Assembly (NCBI GenBank): GCA_051362555.1
Contig: CM120640.1
Coordinates: 12,152,001 to 12,216,000 of the forward strand
Length of the DNA: 64,000 bases
Direction of reading: 5' to 3'
Origin: Lingula anatina
Taxonomy: Eukaryota; Animalia; Brachiopoda
The notes under the pieces are model-generated. The model was not told where the DNA came from. It ran no database searches and was given only the letters and a program-made list of their open reading frames with translations. The translations under genes and the position numbers were made by a program. This document shows positions 44,601-56,334 of the stretch, piece after piece (within the stretch, counting starts at the first letter, position 1; the number at the start of each line of letters is the position of its first letter).

Positions 44601-47600
44601 GTTAAATGAAAAACTAATAACAAAATTCCAAGCAATAACAGAATAATAGGTAACAATATATAGAACATATTGTTCGTCTAAATTAAGGATAATAATCGAC
44701 TCAAAGTTATTTCTGACACATTGACCGAAATAAATCGTCAAAGGGTCGTCTTTTATTTGTTTTTTTTTTTCATGGACTAGCTGTGTTCTTGCAAGTGTAC
44801 AATGACAGTACTGTCAATTGGGACTGCAACTGAACAGCAGCAAATTTAAGATAAGAAAAGCAACTAAGAAAATAACTATCATAATAACTGTGTCAGAACC
44901 GTAAGTGAACGTTAAATGAGACAAATTTTCGCAGGGAAAAACATCAATGAGCAATTCAATTCAATGTTTGCAAGTTGTAAAATGTGCCAGGTACAAAATG
45001 TAACAGTGCCTATACAGTAGTTTGCAACATTTTCCTTTACTCGAAGTCTGCTTACCTTCTGTAAGATGATTCAAGGCTTTGGTTTTCAAGTTGCTGCTGG
45101 CGGACATCTTTAATCACGCTGAGGATGATGGTCTCAAACTGGGTCAAGAGGTGGGGTACGTCTGAGGCGTGCAATTGCTGGTATAACTCACAAACGTTTT
45201 CTTGACTGAAATTCAAAGAACGGTCTTCATAACATACATTCGACAATGATGCTTGAATGTCAATTTAATAGCCATAAAATTAAGAATTACGAGAGGAGGG
45301 GCAACTTTTCGGACTTTTTTATGTTTTACTTAAGACCCTTCAAACAGTTTGATGGGTCTTAGGTTTGACTGTATTTTATCAACTGTCATAGTATTTTTTT
45401 AGAGAACAAATCAAGTAGGGCCCTGTGCGCCAAATGCTAGTGCATGAAGTTAAAGAGTTTCATTTTTACCGTATCTTTGTTTCGAGTTATGGAAATATGT
45501 GAAAACTATAATAACTGACTTAGTGAAAATGTGCAAACCATGCCACAAATGTGTTTGTTAAAGTTGTAAATTACGTCATGAAATATTTATTATAAGGATT
45601 GTCAATGGATTGCAGCACCATTTATAAAACTTTGCCGAAAAAAAAACGATTTTTATATTTGCATAAGAACGTCTTAAACTAAAAGTGGGGTACTGTTATG
45701 TATTCTCTGACCACAGGGTGCGCTACTCGTCTGTTACAAAAATGTTGAAAGCGCCCCACGGAGGGATTTTGTACCATGCAATCAGAAGGTAACTGTAACG
45801 TGCGTCTTCTGAGACCTAAGAAATACCTGTAAGCTAGTTATTGAGTTTCGACCATGAGTTCAAATCAATTTATAACATGATCAAGAAAAACTATAATCGT
45901 CTCTTCGTCAAATTTAATTCAATTTACCTAAAAACTGGTAAATGTGATAAATCTTCCCCGTGTCGCTTGCGAAATTCTTCCGGTAGTAAGGGTTCTACTG
46001 GTACGCCATTATAGAGTGGCTTATCAAATTGTACAACGTCAGAGCAGTCACTATATTCGTAACACGTTTCATTATAACCCTCATCACTAGCCCTATATTG
46101 GTTTTCTTTTGTTTCCTCGACATCGCATTCTTGTTCTTTGTCAATTTCGTCTTCTTCAGTATCGTCATATTCCCATTCATTGCTGTTGCTTCCATGGTGT
46201 AGCCGGACGTTATCAAGAAACGAGGAATGGTGTTTGAAACCTTGTTCAAAGTCACTGAAGTTCACCCTCCCGTCCCCATCCCTGTCTAGTTGGTGAAAGA
46301 ATTGTTCAAAGTCTCCAACATAAAGGCTGAGCTCATCACATAATTCACGAAGGTGATCCTTCTCCAAGTAGCCATTTCTATTGACATCGCAAGTAGCAAA
46401 TAGATTCTGGATGCGTTCAAATTCCATCATTCATAGTTCCCAGTCGTTGCCATCATCTGGATCACAAACTGTGTCAGAAATGGGAAAATAAATATTGTCT
46501 CTTGCCAGAGGTTATCTTTTTGTTTTGAACGTTGAAAAAAGCAGTGCAAAGTATAATTCCTACGTTTTAGATGATATTGAACATGAGTTGAGTTGCACGG
46601 TCCAGCTCTTGGTCATTTCTCGCCTGCTTCAACAGCTTATGTATGCTTAAATACCAGGTTATGTCATTATGTATAGATTTCGCACAGAAAAATTCTTAAC
46701 TTTGACCCTAGTAAAGTCAACACGCGTAAGCAAAAGACGGAATCGACACGAAGCATTATTCAAACAACATAATTCGTCAGTAATGGTCGGGATTTCCTCT
46801 ATTGACCCACGCTTGTTTTATCTGCAGGTGCCACTTGTGTTCAGCCTTGTGCTTGTTAGAAAACACATGCACATCTCTCCTTTTTTGCTTATTTTAAGAG
46901 TTGAATATAATAAACTGTTTCCTTAAATTCTCTCAGTGAAGAGGAGTGGCCATTGCAGGAGTGCGAGGACTTAATAAAGAAACATTTAAAACAAAGATTG
47001 CAACTACAGAGTCCACGTATTCAAAAACGAATGAAATAAAAATATGTTTAGGAAACTCTACACCAAAATGTCATATGCACCCATAGACATAAGTGCTGCG
47101 TCTCACAAGAGCAAGACAGAATCAATGAAAGCACCCTGGCAACGCAGACGACATCAATTTTTACTTCCGAACGCGGGAAATAGAAGAAGTAAAGAGAGAA
47201 GATTTGGTCATTTGTTCGTTCATCAAAATACTATACAAACTATAGCAAGTATATTTACTTTTTTTAAGTCCTTCAAAATTTATATTTTCTGAAATATGAT
47301 ATGAAGTACCTGCTTTGAGAGAGGCAATTTTTGTCAACGTTTACTTATAAGATAAAAAGTATATTTTGAGCGTTGGAAGTTGTTTATCATCCCCTCGCAA
47401 CTTTCTTTTTAAAAAGCATTTAAAAGTACCATTTTCGGTTATTATTTGATTTGAATACAAGAGTAGTTTCTGCTATTTTCTTTTTATCACACACAGATTT
47501 GTAACATTTTTTATCAAATAGGACTTGACAATGTTCCAAAACACTTGTTCTTTTTACATAAAATGTAAGTATTGCTTTGTCAATAGATGTATGTCTACTT

Positions 47601-50600
47601 GAGGCAGAGACACCATTATTTTATTTGAAATGTTTATACATTTACAACTTTAGAACTGACCAAGGAGTTATAACTGTTATAACTCCTTGAACTGCCTAAC
47701 AAGAGATGACTCGCCTGTGGTAGTAGGATTGCATTTGTACTTGATTCTTGGTTTTATCTAATTATAATACGCTCATATCACGACTTAAGTGACCGGGTAA
47801 TCGTGACGCACTTTTATTGAATGCAATTGTTCCTACCCTCTTTCTCTAAAATCTCCTTTCATCTCAGACTTGAGGGTTTTGACAGTTTTTTGGTCGCAAC
47901 AGTTAATTCTAAGCATACATAAGTAGTATTAATTGATGCTTTTTATCATTTAGTCACTTCTCCCGCAATATCGATTAAAGGCATTGTTATAATTCTTTCA
48001 TTCCTATCTCTCTATCAAAATGCGGGAAACTGGTTATAGCCACCGGAGATTCAAAAGTGCTAAATCAATGCATGGACTCTCGCCCCAAACCTATTAAATA
48101 ACCTTTATTAACGAACAGATTGCCCGGGCATTTAAATGTTACAGAGAAAGAGACAGAGAGAGAGGAGAGAGAGAGAGAGAGATGCATCATCCAGCCATAA
48201 TAAAATCAATGAATTAATGCAAAAAAGAAGAGTTTGTGACTAAGAGTATTGCAAATACCAGAACTTAATATCAAACTGCAAAAACAAAACCCTCTTATAT
48301 CAACTTCCTCAATTTAAATGTAAGTGTTGGATAGATTCATACGTTTTATAACTGCAATACACGGCTGCAGTGCTTTAAACGACCGTTTCCAAGGCTGTTG
48401 ACACGTCATAACTACTTAAACCGTCGATTGTTTAACTACGTACTTGAGACAAATTGCTGCCAAACAATTATTTCTCTATCGAGTTGCGACAAAAGCGAGC
48501 AGAAAGGTGATGGTATTCCAGAAAGGTCTAACTGAATTAATTTTGTTGAATGAATTTGTTATGGACCAAAGAGACGGCGTGTCACAAAACAAATGCATAT
48601 CAAACCATGCCAAACTAACATCTTTTTGAAACGAATACATGTTGTCCTATTAGGAGTGTAGATGACATCAGGTCAACCTAACGTGTTGTCATTGCAAAGA
48701 CCAAATTTGATGAATGGTAATAAAATGACCAAAAAGATTTATTTTCAACATATGATCACAGGAATTCTGTGTTTGGCATTGTAATATCTATAAACTATAC
48801 CATAAATTTAGGTGGAGCCTAATACTTTACAACTAGGACGCCACGTGGACGGAGAGACCCTGTGATGCGTGAGTGTATAAAAAAATACCGATTAAATACG
48901 AAAACGCATTATTAAAGTTCTCCTCACTTATCTTGTGCGTATCGATTTTGCACACCTGTCGCATTCTGACCTTGCGCACAACATGTACATAAGTATTGGT
49001 CTTGTGCTACATGTTAATTATACATTTTACCTATGTTTTACAAATGCTTTTTTATCATTTGAAAGTTAATCTGAAATACTGCGGAATTTTGTTTTTGTTA
49101 TAATTAGTAGTATTTTTTACTGTATATTATACCAAACAAAATTTTCAAAAATTATAGCTATGTACTTAAAAAAGGGACAATTCATTCCTACAGATCAAAC
49201 AAGTTTAAATTTGTTCAAATATAGTGATTTGGGGGTCATTAAGGAAATGAAACGTGTGCTTTTCATCTTTCATCTACCACTGTTCGATTTTCCAATGGAT
49301 AAACTTTCATTAAATTATACATATATATAATATAAATCTATCAATTATAGCTTTCAAGTTTCAATTATCTTTTTTTTTCTGTTTCTGTGTGAATTACACG
49401 TGCTTTTCATCTTTCATCTACCGCTGTTCAATTTTCCAGTGGATAAACTTTCATTATACATGTATGCTAAAAATAAATCTATCCAATAACTTTCAAGTTT
49501 CAATTTTCACTTTTTCTTTTTCTTTTCTATGCTGGTGGATTTAAGTAATCTGTCCTACCACCATAAGCTGTGCCACTCGATGTCAAAATGTGAGACCCAT
49601 ATAACATAAAAAACGATGTTTTTTATAATGAACATATTTTCTGGCGTTTTTCAGAAAGCTAACATACATACATACATATAAAGGCATATCTAAACAGATT
49701 TTTAATTATTCAAAACGGAAACATGAACACAAGTCCAAATTTTCTTAAATAAAACAAAACGTGCAGGTACTGGGTACATAAAGTAAGCACTTGATGGCAC
49801 TTACTGAAATATAGCAAGTTCAGTGTTGAAAGTCTATATTCATTTTCACATTCTGAACAAATGAAAAAAATAGACCTAGTTCAGTAATCTTTGAGACAAC
49901 AAAATGCATTGCCTTCCTATCATATAATATAAATACAGAAAATGTAACATGTAGTCACAAATCAACTACAGAGGGGTGACAAAAGTATAGCACCATCTGT
50001 GTGAATAGTGCTCCATATGACATGGGGAACCCGTTCAGAAAAAAAAAACGATTCGCGGTTTATTGCTGGCGTAACCAGTAGTGAATTTTCATGTGCACTA
50101 TAAAGGTAAAAATATATACACTGAAGGTTTAACGCTGTTTTAGCTGTCAAGTCAAGATGCAGTTGCTACCATGGTGATGGTACAAGGAGCTCACAAATGA
50201 CGAAGGAAAAGAAATTGTTTCTCTGAGACTGGAGGGTATAGATGTCCCCCAGATAGCTGTCAAGACTCACGGAATTTGAACCGTGCCGCGAATTAGCTTT
50301 GCAGTGGTCTCGCAATTTGCTGGTTGAGATAAGCAAAATAACTGTTTCAAAGAAGGCTTCATGCTCCAGATAATTACACCGGAGTTCCCAGGTGGAAACC
50401 ACTTATCGCCTTGGTAAACAGACGAAGAAGAGTGACACGGGCTGCAAAAACCATTGCATCGACCGTAGGTAAGAACTGGTGCCATTTTGTATTTTCTTAT
50501 GAGTCCATCTTCACCGTAAAAAAACGTGGGTGGACAGGTGAGAGTATGAAGAACATAGTACGTTTCTTATATGCCAGAAAATATATGCATTTTCTCACTA

Positions 50601-53600
50601 GTCAACTTGGAAATCAAGTGGCAAAGGAACACCCTTTTACCAGAAATGCTCTAATCCAAAGTATCTTAAGGGTCTGGTCCAACATAGCCCCCAAAAGATA
50701 ACTGAATCTTTAGCAGTCTATTCCCAGAGGGGTGGTGGCTATACTGAAATCACGTGGCTATTCTACAAAAGGTTAACACTACCATAATAACATGTGTATC
50801 GTAAGGGCAAAGCAATGGTCTGTAAGTCTGTAGTTAAGATTCTAATGGACATACTTTTCAATAAAATACCAATTGAAAGACCTAAGAAATCCAGCTGTTG
50901 TTCATCTTGAAGCAAAATGGTGCAAAATTTTTGTCTCCCCACTGTCAGATGATTTCAACGTAGGGAGCACTTTTCAATAAATAAAACATTTCAGCATAGA
51001 AGAGGGAGGGGGACGTAGGTACTTGTTATCTCCCTAATGTCTGGTGACTCGTGGTGAGGTACGATTCTGACGAGGATAGGTGTCCATAATATGTTATTAA
51101 TACCTGTATTCGCTTCCTAAATTGAAATATTAAATGGCGATAAGTAAAAAAGCGTTTGCACAGACGCTATACATGTACTACCAGATATCAGTACAGACAA
51201 GAATGGCGTTTTATTGGGATAGGTTTCACAATATTTAGAGCTTCTATGTATCATCTTTATGGCCGAATTTTTAAGTGTGCCTTGTCCACAATGAATGAGC
51301 AGTAGTCCATTCAAAGAGAAAGCTCTTTCAGAAATGGCTTAAATTTCAGACAGACAGATGCTTTAATTCCATTGATTACTACTGATATACCTTTAGTCAA
51401 AATATCAGTACATTGAGATTGAGACGTCAAAGGTATGACAAACATTTGTGAAACGTACTGGTAAAGCACTAACTTGTAAGTTATATTTCCGGATAGATGA
51501 AAATACGCCAATTCTTTCAGGTATTCTGTCTATATTAAACGACGTCGACATTCATGAGTGACTCAGCATGCCATTGGCTCTCAGTAATGTTGATATCTCA
51601 GAAATGTTGATTCAAAATTATCTTTAAAAATTTTCCAGTACTCTTGAAAAACTATATAAACATATTTTTTGTGCATATTCATACAGGGGTAGTTGGAAAT
51701 ATCCAGAAGGTTAACAGTGTCGGATTGCAATACAGACCTTTAGGGTATGTAGGCCTACGTTATAAGTACAGAATTCTATCTGAAGAAATATATATTTTCT
51801 ATTTTCTTTGCTTTCATCATTATAATTCCCCGCTCCGTACATGGATTGTGTTTAAACATACGGACAATCAAGTTAGCCACCAGAATCTGAGTTTTTCTTT
51901 GAAAATCACCATGTAGAGGGAGGTACATGTACAGTAGGCCTACATGCGAGTCCCAAAGAAAGAAAAAAAAGACGGCTTCAGTTTTGAAAATGTCCATTAA
52001 GATTGAAACCTTAAATCAGCCAGTACTATCTTCTTCAACCACTTTCAAATTCCATGAATGTAGTCGTAACAATCTCATTATCGTGAGTGTATCTTGTAAA
52101 GAAGCACGAAATGGAAATGTTTAGCAGTTTTCCCGAACAGCGACGGTATGAGGTGCCCGGATAGGGTCACGTGACAACGTAAGGCGTGTGAACTCTATGG
52201 AAAAGACTGTGTGATTAATGACTGGGATTAGGTGATTGCAACCAAAAGGAGATTAACCAACTCCCCTACCATGGTATTTTTCCTGCAAAGTCATCCTCTA
52301 ATGTCATAACTTTGCGAAATCTCGATCCAGAATGTTATTTGTAATCACATTTTGTTGACACAGAAAAGATAACGAAATCGAATCGGTAAGACAAAAAGTC
52401 GTATTAAGCGATAAACATCGTCTCGATAACGCCATTCAAAGTTCGCTCATCGACTTACACCGCTGTCTATTTTATCTGTCTTGGTAACTTTTTGGAAATT
52501 TAAAGACGTAAATTCGAAATGTTATAGAATGCTACATGTACCCGCTGTTATAGCACTTTCAAAGAAACTGATATGTTAGTGAATAATATTTTTTCTCATT
52601 ATATATTGATTTTGACGTGACCCACACCGAAAAAAGTTTCATGTTTGAACTCACAAGAGCTAGTGTCGAAATAAGGTAAATTATTTTCCCAGGATTTTCT
52701 CATTCTCTTTACTGCCTCCACTTGTAAGCTGTTTTTAAAATACATTTTTATGCAACATTATGAAGCTAAAAGAAAAATAAAACGGGTTTTCTTCAAATGC
52801 GCACAACTAAGACAATTTTAAGTTCCATAAAAAACATTTTACATGAGAAAATACCAGACCGATCTCCAAACCTATACTATTGGTTACAATTTTATTTGGT
52901 TACAATTTATATTTACTCCTTAAGGATGCAAACAATCCCACAAGACGCCAACTGGTCCAACGGGGTAATGGCCCTTGACAGCACAACAGGTCTCTTTGCG
53001 ACAACTTATAAAAATTCATCATTAACCCGTTTCTTGCGCTAGAAAAAGTTTTTGGTATTTGACCTTTGTTCTTATGTACGTTGTCTTGTGACCGAAAAAA
53101 GATTCATCTGATGAAAAAGATTTGACAAGGGTGGTGGAGAAAGGCATTTAAGCTTCATCTTTTAGTCTATCATTCAGCATTTTATACCAATACAAAGTAC
53201 TTAAATTGATATTAGATGATAAAATAAAAAGTTAAAGCGCTGATCAGATCTAGAAGCCATACTCTGAAGTGGAGATATTGTACAAAAAGGGAAGTTATGA
53301 ACCCCTATTAACACAAGCTCCGCGTCTGCTGGGCCTTTTACGGCGTTATCATTCATCATAAATGCGAAAAGTAACACACACAACCTAGCATACTCCTCTC
53401 CTGAAATATGGCCCGTAGCCGGGTGGGTGGGTGGGGGGGTGGGGGTGGGGGGTTCGAAAGAACCCACCCCTTTGCTGGGAAAAGGTTCCCTCTGGGTAAA
53501 ATTTTATCAAGGCACATTAGGTTTCATGGTAAAAGGTTCACTTTTTCAAAAAAAAAAAAAAAAAAAAAAAAGAACCCCCGTTTTGAAATTGCTGGCTACG

Positions 53601-53976
53601 GCCTGAAATATATGTTGGCGAAGGACAAAAAAGTAAAAACTTACCAAGAAAGCGCCTCGAGCCCTTCGTCCAGTCTCTTGGCAAAATCATCTCCAGTTCC
53701 ACCTTGACTTAAAATGGAGTTCCCCCTCTTCAAGCTCTTCTTCCTCGATTTATCTATCAATATGCTTTTAAATCCTTCCGTAAACTCTGCCACACTGATT
53801 CGGCCGTCCCCATCCTTGTCCAACTCTTTAAAGACATCTCCAAGTTCGTCTGTGGTAAGTTCTGTGCATAATCTGGCCAACTCCGACTGGTCTATATACC
53901 CAGAACCATCTAGATCACACGCCTCAAAAAGCTGTCCAATTTGACTAGAATTATCCAGTACTTCAACGTCACCCAT
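31095..53976 (-). CDS. RASEF: RAS and EF-hand domain-containing protein (Rab45): EF-hands, coiled coil, Rab GTPase domain, C-terminal CC prenylation motif
   Basis: Exons (minus): 53976-53645, 45205-45056, 43052-42962, 36078-35983, 35574-35378, 35220-35152, 34888-34792, 34510-34449, 34312-34179, 33950-33814, 33651-33409, 33149-33014, 32748-32667, 32306-32192, 31981-31862, 31581-31505, 31191-31095(TGA). Motifs [45 protein letters not shown]; coiled coil [17 protein letters not shown] typical of RASEF. Confidence 0.95.
31995..32060. repeat. (TA)n microsatellite next to a RASEF splice acceptor
   Basis: Visible TA repeat ending about 13 nt from exon 31981-31862. Confidence 0.9.
36575..36652 (+). 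pseudogene. Relic first exon of a second, inward-facing transposon gene: (L)[25 protein letters not shown]
   Basis: Mirror position to the transposase ATG in the other TIR (cattggcg vs catggcg), with similar translation to [27 protein letters not shown]; ATG disrupted. Confidence 0.55.
38516..42501 (-). pseudogene. Multi-exon DDE integrase/transposase (Cys-rich N-terminus, HTH-like SESTLKRRL, integrase core), inactivated
   Basis: Exons 42501-42394, 42037-41920, 41700-41618, 41358-41268, 40817-40742, 40431-40334, 40217-40124, 39798-39699, 39499-39360, from 39258, 39170-38969, 38754-38516. Motifs [52 protein letters not shown]. Lesions: in-frame TAA at 41321-41323, donor AT instead of GT at 40123, degenerate exon between 39698 and 39500, expected RIE (catalytic Glu) absent before FWSTF. 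Confidence 0.85.
41561..41612. repeat. (AT)n microsatellite in a transposase intron
   Basis: Visible. Confidence 0.9.
45928..46430 (-). CDS. RASEF: Alternative first coding exon B of RASEF: second EF-hand pair plus acidic linker
   Basis: ATG directly preceded by in-frame TGA; EF loops [12 protein letters not shown] and [12 protein letters not shown]; ends TTT AG|gtaaat (phase 2), matching the phase-2 acceptor at 45205; TATA-like TATTTAAG near 46646-46653. Confidence 0.85.
48142..48182. repeat. (AG)n microsatellite
   Basis: Visible imperfect AG repeat. Confidence 0.8.
49255..49510. repeat. Diverged two-copy tandem duplication, unit about 145 bp
   Basis: gtgcttttcatctttcatctacc(a/g)ctgttc...ggataaactttcatta...ctttcaagtttcaatt occurs twice (near 49256 and 49400). 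Confidence 0.85.
50271..50485 (-). CDS. Candidate alternative first coding exon C of RASEF (71 aa, no EF-hand)
   Basis: caaaATGGca start, 215-nt open frame, ends ATT CC|gtgagt (consensus donor, phase 2), compatible with the acceptor at 45205; no homology evidence. Confidence 0.5.
53410..53603. mobile_element. MITE (about 194 bp) with GGC(C)CGTAGCC TIRs and 8-bp TSD, hAT-like
   Basis: tgaaatat|ggcccgtagcc ... ggctacggcc|tgaaatat (TSD 53402-53409 and 53604-53611); internal G-runs and A-run. Confidence 0.75.
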
Positions 53977-56276
53977 CAAGACTTAGTTTTCACCTTTTAT
54001 GAATATAAAATGAGACTGCTGCATACATCAAGCGTGTGTGAATAAATTCATTTCCCAAGGAAGTGTGCCCCTAAGTGGCACGGTTCCGTTGACACCATGA
54101 CGTGTAAATCCTAGAATTCCGACGTAAGCTTGCTTCTCCAAGGCGGTATAGAATACCATGCGCTCGGTAGTTAATGGTTACACTTGATCTTGAGGAGTAA
54201 CCCGCCAAAGCAGCCTAGATACAATCTCATAAAAGCTGCAATAAAATAATACAAGGTGTCAGTTGAACAAACGTCACGAATGTATATAATTAACAATAAA
54301 GACATTTCTAAAATGACAACAAGCACGCGCATGTATACTAAAACACTTTGTATTCTGCACCTGTAATCATGGCCTACTGATGTATGATATTTGATATGTG
54401 TTGTTGTTTCTTTTTCTAGTTTCCTTATGTTCAATATTATTATCGTCAGAGGAAATCATAAAGGAATATCATATTGAGCTTTTTATGTTTATCAATAAAT
54501 AGAAAATACACAAAAATCGAGTAATTACTTACAATCACCGAGAGTTTTTATTTTGCAATTTATATTTTCAGTCTTGTGTTGCTGTCCATCAATGAAACAG
54601 CATGAAAGGACGTTGAATAATGGAATTTTTAAACCAAGTTATAAATTATTTTTAAAAATTCAAATTTCTGTTAATTTTATTCCTGATAAAATCAAGGTTG
54701 GCACTTTAATAAACCTAAGCTCACCAATATGTATCCCAGTGCTACAGGATAGAAACTCTAAGGAGAATCATTGTAAAATATTAGGCTGTTAAGAGACAGC
54801 GCTCATCTAAAGCATTAAAAACGTTTCGATGTCAGGAATAGAAGCCGTGACTGCATATTATAAGAGTGGGAATCTGGGGTGTGGATATTTATAAATGTAC
54901 CTACCGCTTCAGTGGTGTACTTGTCTACAATGAAAGCTTCTAAATTCTAGAAATGTCTTCTTACATGTGTTTACAAATGGGCCCAGGCTTTTAACGCTCA
55001 CTAGATCTTATTTTAACATCAAGATCTATCTCACATCATCATCGGTACAATGGTGCACTAAATAATGGGTTTTGGTCCATCTAGTTATCACTTATTTTTG
55101 TTCGCGGTTTTAATGTGACAATCTGACCATTGTTTCAACACTGTTGTCACAAGCTAAGAAAGCTAATGAGAATGCACTTGACGATATATTTATACACTTA
55201 ACACGGCATGATTTAAGCATGACAAAAAATAAAGCACTGATCACGAGTTCCCGAAGTCGGACATTATGTACAGCAGGACTAAACACACATTTTACAGTGC
55301 ATTCACTCACAGGCACATGTGTCCAAACTGGATTACCAAACATACCTTACGGTAAAACAAACGGATTTTCGAGTCCTGGATTTTGAATTTTTACCTTTGA
55401 TAAAGCATTATTTTAAAATGCTGATAGGGAAATGGATACTAATTGGTATATAGTACAGATTGGCGAAGTGCGGGAACCCACCAAATATTAATTTAGCAAA
55501 GATTTTGCCAAACTAACGAAAAAATTAGATAAATAATAAATCTAACGTACCATTACAAATGCTGGAAATAAAAAAGGTATCCACATGTCATACTTTTTTC
55601 AAATATGATGATGTTGTATTGAGGTTGACTGTACATACTACTCTATAATCTGCACCTTTCAGCTCAGATCCTGTTAGCAGAGCACAGCATATGTGGGCAA
55701 ATACCCCTTAGTAATGACCCAAAACACTTACACGAACAACTTAAAATGAGACAAGATCAATATTTACATCTTTTATGGTCTTTGGTATAAAACACACCTC
55801 CGCATTTTCACACGTAAGCAAATAAAATTTTGGATAAAATCGTGATCTGAACCGCGTCTTATTATGCTGAATTCAAGATTAGTCCGTGGGTTAACGAAGA
55901 GACACATGAATGCGCGTGTCGTGACATGCACATGTATCCCCTCTGTCACTTTAACAAAAGGAGATGCCTCAACTGTGTAAGCGATTGGATTTATCAGCGT
56001 CGTTTTGTATCTTTCCATCAATAAATAAAGGCCTATATTAACATTTTCTTTATGTATTTCAGCAATTTTCTCTTAAATATATTGTAACTTTTATATTGTA
56101 ACCGTCCGGCGTTACTAAGAAGGGTCTATAGTCAATTTTGATATTTGTGTGGCTTGTCTGTACAGGAGGGGCAAGCCGAACATTAAGGTTTGTAACGATG
56201 ATCTGTTAGGCTCCATCTTTCCTCCACACCTTCACGCATGGAAACACTAATTTACGTTTTTTCTCCTTTTCTCCCT

Positions 56277-56282
<6 letters not shown>

Positions 56283-56334
<52 letters not shown>
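56283..56334. repeat. Compound (CT)n(CA)n microsatellite
   Basis: Visible. Confidence 0.9.

Noticed and set aside
50165-50178. X-box-like gctaccatggtgat
   Set aside because: Several mismatches to the RFX consensus; expected by chance in 64 kb.
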